NCBI GenBank assembly: GCA_033764315.1
Contig: JANRJA010000083.1
Coordinates: 1 to 11,815, forward strand
From: Oculatellaceae cyanobacterium bins.114
Lineage (GTDB): Bacteria; Cyanobacteriota; Cyanobacteriia; Elainellales; Elainellaceae
Direction: 5' to 3'
Length of the DNA: 11,815 nt
This document shows, in pieces, positions 1 to 6,361 of this stretch. Position 1 is the first letter of the stretch, and every line of letters starts with the position of its first letter. The notes beneath the pieces are model-generated. The model was not told the DNA's origin. It saw only the letters and a program-made list of their open reading frames with translations, and ran no database searches. Both the position numbers and the translations under genes were made by a program.

Positions 1-909
1 GATTTACCGTTGGTCTATCACCCCAACTATGTTGCCCCCTTGCCGTCGGGGCATCGTTTTCCGATGGCGAAGTTTCGCCAACTGTATGAGCAATTATTGA
101 CCGATGGAGTGGCGCAGACTAGCCAATTTCACACACCAGAGTTGCCCCCCAGGGAATGGCTGGAGTGGGTACACACGCCAGACTATGTTCAGGGCTACTG
201 CGAGGGAACATTAGACGCCAAAGCTCAACGACGCATTGGCTTGCCGTGGAGTCCGGCATTAGTGCAACGAACCTGCGTTGCCGTTGGGGGAACCATCCTC
301 ACGGCTCGACTCGCTCTAGAGCACGGATTAGCCTGCAACACCGCTGGGGGAACCCATCATGCCTTTCCTAGTTATGGCTCTGGATTTTGTATTTTTAATG
401 ACTTAGCGATCGCCTCTCGCACCCTTCAAAAGCTGGGGTTAGCCCAGCAAATTTTGATTGTCGATCTGGATGTGCATCAGGGAGACGGCACTGCCTTGAT
501 CTTTCAAAACGACCCCAGCGTCTTTACCTTCTCAATGCACTGTGAGATCAATTTTCCAGGCACCAAGCAAACGAGCGATTTAGATGTGCCGTTGCCCGCA
601 GGCATGGAAGACGATGCTTATCTACAGACCCTGGCCGCCTATCTCCCTGATTTGCTATCTCAGATTCGACCTGACCTGGTGTTATATGATGCGGGGGTAG
701 ATCCTCATTTGGGCGATCGCCTGGGTAAGTTGGCACTCACCGACACAGGACTCTATCGCCGTGAAATGCAGGTTTTGAGTACTTGTGTGGCAGCGGGTTA
801 TCCAGTCGCTTGTGTGATTGGGGGAGGGTATGCCGAGGACATGAATGCTCTAGTCTACCGACACTCACTCCTACATCGAGCCGCTAGCAACATCTATCAA
901 CACCTTTGA
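1..909 (+). CDS. Histone deacetylase (HDAC/AcuC/AphA) family Zn-dependent deacetylase; 5' end probably just outside the window
   Basis: Family motifs HRFPMAKF, GGTHHA, GFCIFND, DLDVHQGDGT, YDAGVD and GGGY. The frame is open from base 1 (D-L-P-L-V-Y-H), so the true start is probably upstream of the window rather than the TTG at 10. Confidence 0.95.
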   Translation, partial: DLPLVYHPNYVAPLPSGHRFPMAKFRQLYEQLLTDGVAQTSQFHTPELPPREWLEWVHTPDYVQGYCEGTLDAKAQRRIGLPWSPALVQRTCVAVGGTILTARLALEHGLACNTAGGTHHAFPSYGSGFCIFNDLAIASRTLQKLGLAQQILIVDLDVHQGDGTALIFQNDPSVFTFSMHCEINFPGTKQTSDLDVPLPAGMEDDAYLQTLAAYLPDLLSQIRPDLVLYDAGVDPHLGDRLGKLALTDTGLYRREMQVLSTCVAAGYPVACVIGGGYAEDMNALVYRHSLLHRAASNIYQHL

Positions 910-911
910 GC

Positions 912-1505
912 TTACCGTTGCGTTCCTGCCAGTTCCACTATCTTAGTATGGGATTTGCGGGGGGTTGCTTTTGTTGGGGCAGGGTTACGTGGGGGGCGTT
1001 GAGGAGCTTTGGCAGCTTTAGCATCGGGCGCATTGTCACCCAAACCCAACACCCAACTCATCTCTTCTAACACTGATTGGCGAGCTTGATAGAAATCTAA
1101 CAGCGCAAATCCGCTTCCTACCAACATTGCCCCTGTGCCCAAGGCAAATAGCAACAATGACCCGGTAATCAACCACTGCCAATTGAGCAGCGATCGCAGA
1201 ACCACAATAAAGGCACTTAACCCCAAAAGTAACAACGCCACATAGAGAACTAACAAGCTCAGGTGGGTGATCTGATATCGCTGGCGAAACTGTTGTAGTT
1301 GACCCCGAATCTGTTGCAGGCGATCGCCCCGCAACATCACCGCATGATTTAATAACTCAAAATATTCTTGGTTTAAGCTTCGCAACCGATTATGGATGGC
1401 GATATGGCGCACAGTCAGGACTCCCCAAATCACCACACACGTTGTCAGCATCAAAACCGAATTCAAAATTAACTGGAGGAGTTGGCTAGTTTGATCAATG
1501 CTCAT
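912..1505 (-). CDS. DUF2721-like membrane protein
   Basis: 197-aa ORF with three hydrophobic segments, a helical Q/R-rich linker and a basic Pro-rich C-tail. The N-terminus (QLLQLILNSVLM) resembles cyanobacterial DUF2721 proteins as I recall them. Convergent with the HDAC gene, 2-bp gap. Confidence 0.7.
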   Translation of the reverse strand: MSIDQTSQLLQLILNSVLMLTTCVVIWGVLTVRHIAIHNRLRSLNQEYFELLNHAVMLRGDRLQQIRGQLQQFRQRYQITHLSLLVLYVALLLLGLSAFIVVLRSLLNWQWLITGSLLLFALGTGAMLVGSGFALLDFYQARQSVLEEMSWVLGLGDNAPDAKAAKAPQRPPRNPAPTKATPRKSHTKIVELAGTQR

Positions 1506-1592
1506 ATCACCTCACGCTATAAATAATCCCAAAACAAGCAATAGTCCCAAAATAAGGAGCTACAAAGCTGAGGCTTAGTCGAATTGCGACCC

Positions 1593-1621
1593 CAACCCTA
1601 TTCAGCAACCCTATTTAGCAA
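1593..1621. repeat. 13-bp tandem repeat CAACCCTATTYAG x2 (+CAA)
   Basis: CAACCCTATTCAG (1593-1605) and CAACCCTATTTAG (1606-1618); a degenerate third copy lies at 1646-1663. Confidence 0.8.
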
Positions 1622-1624
1622 AGT

Positions 1625-1638
1625 GGTACAATTGTACT
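1625..1638. promoter_or_regulatory. Putative cyanobacterial LexA box
   Basis: GGTACAATTGTACT fully matches the cyanobacterial LexA consensus RGTACNNNDGTWCB, with a perfect 12-bp palindromic core. It lies ~120 bp upstream of the DUF2721-like start. Confidence 0.55.
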
Positions 1639-1760
1639 GATTCATACCCATTTAAGCAACCCTCTCAACCCCATCTTTTTTGCTCCGTCTTGCACTTAAC
1701 TCCAAGGTCAAGCCGTCATTCTCAGATGGACTCATAGCCCAAGAGCAAATCATAAAGTTT

Positions 1761-2040
1761 TGTGAATAAAGGTTATCGAATTTCCAACTTTATCTCCTTA
1801 CAAGCCTGTGGAAAACCTCGATTTCTCTGTGGAAAACTAGGTAAAACCAGGTGAAAACTAAGGTGTGATCAGTGGAAAAAGTCCTCAGTACATATGATCT
1901 GTGGGTAATTCTCTAAATTTTCCACATGTTTTCCACAGGCTATGGATCAGGCAACAATCGAGTGGCTCGTGATCCCCACTGTTTTCCACAGTTTCCACAC
2001 GCTCTACTACTACTGATCTGGATCAATTTGTTTTTAAGAA
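1761..2040. other. oriC: Chromosomal replication origin (oriC): DnaA-box cluster, DnaA-trios and AT-rich tract
   Basis: Exact TTTTCCACA boxes at 1807-1815(-), 1828-1836(-), 1918-1926(+), 1929-1937(+) and 1982-1990(+). Variant boxes at 1761-1769 (TGTGAATAA), 1871-1879, 1900-1908 and 1991-1999. CTACTACTACT follows at 2004-2014, then AATTTGTTTTTAAGAA. The position upstream of dnaN is typical of cyanobacterial oriC. Confidence 0.92.
2004..2014 (-). promoter_or_regulatory. DnaA-trio repeats (basal unwinding element)
   Basis: CTA-CTA-CTA-CT on + (TAG repeats on -) begins 4 bp after the tandem DnaA boxes at 1982-1999. This is the box-spacer-trio layout described for Bacillus subtilis oriC. Confidence 0.8.
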
Positions 2041-2208
2041 GCCGTTCTTAATCACTTGAACAGGAAGCTCGAAAATTGAAATTGAACCTTTTCGGGAAGG
2101 GTGTTACGATGACCTTCCAAGTAGAATTGACTCAAAGCGATCGCCCTACCCTTAGTGTCTGACTCCTCTTAAGTTTGCCCAAAACACCTAAACCTAGTTC
2201 CTCTCCTC

Positions 2209-3387
2209 ATGAAACTCATCTGCTCTCAAAACGAACTCAACACCCATCTCTCGCTGGTGAACCGGGCAGTTCCCTCTCGACCCAGCCATCCGGTCTTAGC
2301 TAATGTGCTATTAACAGCCAATCCAGAGACTCAACATGTGAGTCTCACCGGATTTGATTTGAGCTTGGGAGTGCAAACAGGTTTTTCGGCACAAGTTGAG
2401 GAAGGAGGAACCCTGACACTGCCTGCTAAATTGTTGAGTGATATTGTCTCACGTTTGCCTGATGGCGACATCACACTTGAGATTGTAGAAGGTGAATCGC
2501 TGGCAACATTAATTTCTGCCTCTGGGCGATATCAAGTGCGGTTTGGGTCAGATGAGTTTCCAGAACTCCCTGTTGTCCACAATGGCGGCATGGCGCACTT
2601 ACCAGCAGAAGCGTTGATTGAGGGGTTAAAAGGGTCACTCTTTGCAACCAGTACCGACGACACTAAGCAGGTTTTGACAGGGGTACACTTGACCGTGACA
2701 GCCGATGGGTTAGAGTTTGCGGCGACCGATGGACATCGCTTGTCAGTAGTGCAAACCCTCAACCCAGAGTCAGACACCCCTCCTGTCAAAAGCAAGGCGG
2801 CTAAGACCAAGCCTGAGGCGGCATCAGACGATCAACAGTTTGATGTAACCGTGCCGGGAAAAGCCCTGCGAGAACTAGAGCGGATGCTGCAACTGCAACC
2901 CTCGTCAGAGCCGATCGCCGTTCAGTTTGACCAGGGACAGTTGATTTTTGAATGGGCAAATCAACGGCTGATTAGTCGTCTGCTAGAGGGGCAATATCCT
3001 AACTATCGCCAGCTGATTCCCCGACAGTTTTCTCGCCAGATGACCGCAGAACGCCGACTATTCACCGGAGCACTCGAGCGAATCGCTGTGATGGCAGACC
3101 AAAAAAATAGCATTGTCAAAATGAATCTAGATAGCGTTAAGCAAGAAGCGGTGCTATCCGTTGATGCTCCCGATGTGGGAAGTGCACGAGAGGCGATCGC
3201 TGCCCAAATTTCAGGGGACGACCTAGAGATTGCCTTTAACGTGAAATATCTATTAGAAGGGCTAAAAGCAGTCACTACCTCTGAGGTGCAGATGCAGTTC
3301 AATACCTCCACTAGTCCGTCAATTTTGACTCCGTTAGGTGGGCTAAAGATGACCTATCTGGTGATGCCCGTCCAGATTCGTAGCTGA
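2209..3387 (+). CDS. dnaN: DNA polymerase III beta sliding clamp
   Basis: 392 aa with typical motifs: RAVPSRPSHPVLANVLL, GFDLSLG, EFPELP, AATDGHRL, SRLLEGQYPNYRQLIP, IAFNVKYL and C-terminal YLVMPVQIR. Adjacent to the DnaA boxes. Confidence 0.99.
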   Translation: MKLICSQNELNTHLSLVNRAVPSRPSHPVLANVLLTANPETQHVSLTGFDLSLGVQTGFSAQVEEGGTLTLPAKLLSDIVSRLPDGDITLEIVEGESLATLISASGRYQVRFGSDEFPELPVVHNGGMAHLPAEALIEGLKGSLFATSTDDTKQVLTGVHLTVTADGLEFAATDGHRLSVVQTLNPESDTPPVKSKAAKTKPEAASDDQQFDVTVPGKALRELERMLQLQPSSEPIAVQFDQGQLIFEWANQRLISRLLEGQYPNYRQLIPRQFSRQMTAERRLFTGALERIAVMADQKNSIVKMNLDSVKQEAVLSVDAPDVGSAREAIAAQISGDDLEIAFNVKYLLEGLKAVTTSEVQMQFNTSTSPSILTPLGGLKMTYLVMPVQIRS

Positions 3388-3875
3388 AATTTAACTGTAT
3401 TCAAATTGTAGTTCTAACTAGATTTCATAATTCAAAGGGTAGAAATTTTCCTGTTAATTAAGCTAGGCTGTGCAAGCAAATTTGAAGCTATTTAAGGGTG
3501 TGCTCGTTTATTCTGGGTGTGTCCGAATAGCTTCTTACAACCCATTTGGGATTGCTATATATGCACCCAAAAAGCGCTAAAGAAGATTTCCCAAAGGGAT
3601 TGCGACTGGTCGCTCTTGTAGACCATACCTTAATTAACTAAAGCTTAAACATTTTTAATCTTCTTATAGTTGGATCATTGATCTAATTGTAGTAAAATCA
3701 CCTGATCTGCTTATATGTAAGCACTCTGATTAATACTTCAGGATAGGTCAACTCCTCTTCTGACGGAAATTCAGTGCCTTCAAGATCTCTAATTCTGTTT
3801 AGCCAATAAACCAAATTAAATGTGTCTACTTAGTAGGATAGGCAATGTTTAGATGTTACAGCAGACTTAAGGATT

Positions 3876-4406
3876 ATGTCAGACAATTTAAGTTTAACTA
3901 AAAAATTGGATGCCTATCGACGGCTACAAATGAAGCATGATGAAATTTTCCATTTTGAAATTCTTGCACTCGGTGTCTCTCGACGGATGAGCCATATCGC
4001 ACTACATCTTATCAAATATCTCAGACCTCTTTCATCCCTACCCGTTTCGGCACCAGAAAATAAAAGGGCACTTGTTGATGCGTTTATTATGGTTATTTCT
4101 GCTAGCAACCTTTTAGGAGTTTCTTTATCGGTAGATCCAATATCAAACGAAGACATTAATCCTGATAAATCTTTTATCAACACTTATGTTCAATTTCTTG
4201 CTGATTTAGCTAAATCTTGCGAAGCGGCTGATCATCAAGAGGATTATCCTATCAGAGCAACTTGGAACAAAGCCATTCAACAATTATTTTTTCTACTGTC
4301 TAAGGAAGCTGCGGCACGTAATATCAATATTTTAGAAGAAGCTGCTTGTCGTTTAACTTCAGTTGAAAAAAGTAATTCACTTAATTATATTTTGAGCGAA
4401 AAATGA
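3876..4406 (+). CDS. Hypothetical all-alpha protein, possibly a divergent tandem MazG-like (NTP pyrophosphohydrolase fold) protein
   Basis: 176-aa ORF with AAGGA just upstream; its stop overlaps the next start (ATGA at 4403-4406). aa65-84 ALVDAFIMVISASNLLGVSL resembles the MazG helix ELADVLxxxxxLANxLGIDL, and aa149-164 NINILEEAACRLTSVE resembles the MazG C-terminal segment. The CDS is likely real; the fold call is tentative. Confidence 0.6.
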   Translation: MSDNLSLTKKLDAYRRLQMKHDEIFHFEILALGVSRRMSHIALHLIKYLRPLSSLPVSAPENKRALVDAFIMVISASNLLGVSLSVDPISNEDINPDKSFINTYVQFLADLAKSCEAADHQEDYPIRATWNKAIQQLFFLLSKEAAARNINILEEAACRLTSVEKSNSLNYILSEK

Positions 4407-5176
4407 GCTTTTGGTCATCACAAACTCTGGAATCTCGCTTACCTGATCTAATTGAACCATTTAGCCCAGAGCGGATAGATTCAGCCTCTTATGAATTATC
4501 TCTGGGAGATGAAATTCATATTTCAGCTCTATTTGATACACCTCATAAAGACCGAAAAACAATCCTTATTAAGGAAAAGGAGACTGTTGTTATACCTCCT
4601 GGTCAATTTGCATTCTTAATAACACTAGAGAAAGTTTCTATTCCTGACAGTGCTATTGCATTCATTTCAATGAAGTTTGGGGCCAAAGCAAAAGGATTGA
4701 TAAATGTCTCTGGATTTCACATTGATCCAGGCTACAAAGGGCGTTTGATTTTTGCCGTATACAATGCAGGTCCACTAAGTTTTCAAATGAAATATGGGGA
4801 GAGGCTATTTTCTCTATGGATAGCCGATCTAGACGCTACTGATGCTCGCGCTCGTAGAAAACCAGGATATGACTCTATACCTACGGCTTTAACAAATGGA
4901 CCAGAAGCAGTATCTTCACTTCCTTCCCTTGTAAAACGCTTGGATGAATTGGAAAAGAAGATAGAGAAATTTAACACCATACAAGCTATTCTCTGGGCGG
5001 TTGCTTTTTCTCTTACTGTTACCGTTGTCAAACCGTGGTTAGATAATTTTTTCTCTTCATTTACAAATCCAAACAACGGTGTAACAACTACTCCATCCCC
5101 ATCCACCTCTCCATCTTTATCTCCGACTCCATCTTTATCTCCGACTTCGACACCCAAAATCAGAACTAACCCGTGA
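4403..5176 (+). CDS. dCTP deaminase/trimeric dUTPase-fold protein with C-terminal coiled coil, transmembrane helix and Pro/Ser/Thr tail
   Basis: Dcd-family motifs IEPF, ASYELSLG, IPPGQFAFLITLEKVSIP, HIDPGYKGRL, VYNAG and YGER. aa173-190 is heptad-like (LPSLVKRLDELEKKIEKF), aa193-209 is hydrophobic (IQAILWAVAFSLTVTVV), and aa221-257 is low complexity. Confidence 0.88.
   Translation: MSFWSSQTLESRLPDLIEPFSPERIDSASYELSLGDEIHISALFDTPHKDRKTILIKEKETVVIPPGQFAFLITLEKVSIPDSAIAFISMKFGAKAKGLINVSGFHIDPGYKGRLIFAVYNAGPLSFQMKYGERLFSLWIADLDATDARARRKPGYDSIPTALTNGPEAVSSLPSLVKRLDELEKKIEKFNTIQAILWAVAFSLTVTVVKPWLDNFFSSFTNPNNGVTTTPSPSTSPSLSPTPSLSPTSTPKIRTNP
5109..5146 (+). repeat. In-frame 18-bp perfect tandem repeat CTCCATCTTTATCTCCGA x2
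   Basis: Copies at 5109-5126 and 5127-5144 encode PSLSPT-PSLSPT in the tail of the Dcd-like protein. Confidence 0.9.
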
Positions 5177-5581
5177 CCAACGGAGACCTGATAGTTTTTG
5201 AAAAATCGCTAAAAGCTAAAAACATTATGTAGCGGAGTTTCAGCAGTTTACTCTGAGCAGTTGGCATCACTGACCAGTTACGACTTTATTCCTGAAGCTT
5301 TATTTTATGCATCTTCATAAAGAATTGATATTACTTAAAAACTAGTCTTTAGTTAGCTTGCCATGATTATTTCAAGCAAAATAGTGAGTGGTTATTTTAC
5401 TTTGAAGATATGTCAATGAAATAAAGCCCTTTTTTGGTAGTAATTTTGGCAATTGCGCTATGACCCAGATCCGTAGCTAGACTCATTAACGATTGGAGGC
5501 TAAAAGATGAATCACAGAGACACAGCACAGATAAGATTTTCAAAGAATACTGTGTCCTTTAAATACTGGGGTGGGTTAAGT

Positions 5582-6208
5582 CTAGCGAACTTTTTTTTCT
5601 TTTTTGGAGACGGCAGGACAACCTGACAAATACCAACGCCAGGGCAAATCAACCCCCTTAGTCAATCCGATGCGAGTGGTTTGACTAAGAGTTAGTTGTC
5701 CTTGGTCAAGTTGCTCTTGAAACGAGGGCGTGCGGTGCTCTAACCAGAGAGGTTGTCCAGGTTGTAATGGAATGGCATTAAGAGACACATCAATCTTTAG
5801 GGCTAAACAGAGTTTGCCAGGTCCTGCTGCAACTCGATGAGGTTTAATCTGGTGTGGGTCAATCCAATCGGGCAGGGTTGCTAGCTCAAGGGCACGAATT
5901 AAAACCGCACTGGGAACGCCATCTTGATCGGTCACAACATTGAGGCAATGATAAAACCCATAGATCTGATACACATAGACTCGACCAGCAACGCCAAACA
6001 TAATCTGGTTACGGTTGGTGCGCCGACGATAGGCATGCATCGCCGGATCGTCTGGTGTATAAGCTTCAGTTTCGACGATCAATCCTCGGAGTGTGACTCC
6101 ATCTGGCATTTGACGAACTAGGGTGCAACCAATCAAATCAGAAGCCACTTGGGTTGAGGGGCGGCTCAACCAAATAGCATCAATTGGGTCAGTAGAGGGC
6201 ATAAACAT
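5582..6208 (-). CDS. mpg: DNA-3-methyladenine glycosylase (Mpg/AAG family)
   Basis: Motifs GLIVETEAY, DPAMHAY, YVYQIYGFYHCLNVVT, AVLIRAL, GPGKLC, TTRIGL and LPWRWY. The start is uncertain: ATG at 6208 or 6202 is preferred over the GTG at 6253. Confidence 0.95.
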   Translation of the reverse strand: MFMPSTDPIDAIWLSRPSTQVASDLIGCTLVRQMPDGVTLRGLIVETEAYTPDDPAMHAYRRRTNRNQIMFGVAGRVYVYQIYGFYHCLNVVTDQDGVPSAVLIRALELATLPDWIDPHQIKPHRVAAGPGKLCLALKIDVSLNAIPLQPGQPLWLEHRTPSFQEQLDQGQLTLSQTTRIGLTKGVDLPWRWYLSGCPAVSKKEKKVR

Positions 6209-6361
6209 TGAGATCCCGGTTTCTCGTTGCGTTGACTGACGTTGCCTGAGCACTTTACCAGAAACCGGAGATCTGGCAATAGTCGCCCATCGGGTTACAT
6301 AACTCCTCCATAATCATGCTGATTCAGAGAGGAGCCGCTGTAGTGTAAACTCACTGATACG

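Larger units (their letters stand above)
3388..5580. other. AT-rich accessory insert (probable horizontally acquired islet); boundaries approximate
   Basis: Sample lines counted by hand: 4141-4200 has 16/60 G+C versus 31/60 at 2821-2880 in dnaN. I saw no GCGATCGC or CGATCG in the interval. Long non-coding flanks; no integrase or transposase. Confidence 0.75.

Noticed and set aside
1800..2000. CRISPR array or iteron-type repeats
   Set aside because: The repeats are 9-mers in both orientations matching DnaA boxes; there is no repeat-spacer periodicity and no cas or rep gene.
3635..5355. 9-bp inverted repeat TAACTAAAG/CTTTAGTTA flanking the two-gene operon as transposon ends
   Set aside because: Short, AT-rich and compatible with chance; no target-site duplication or transposase.
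5519..5556. GACACAG/CTGTGTC inverted repeat as terminator between the islet and mpg
   Set aside because: Only 7 bp with a 24-nt loop; too weak to call.
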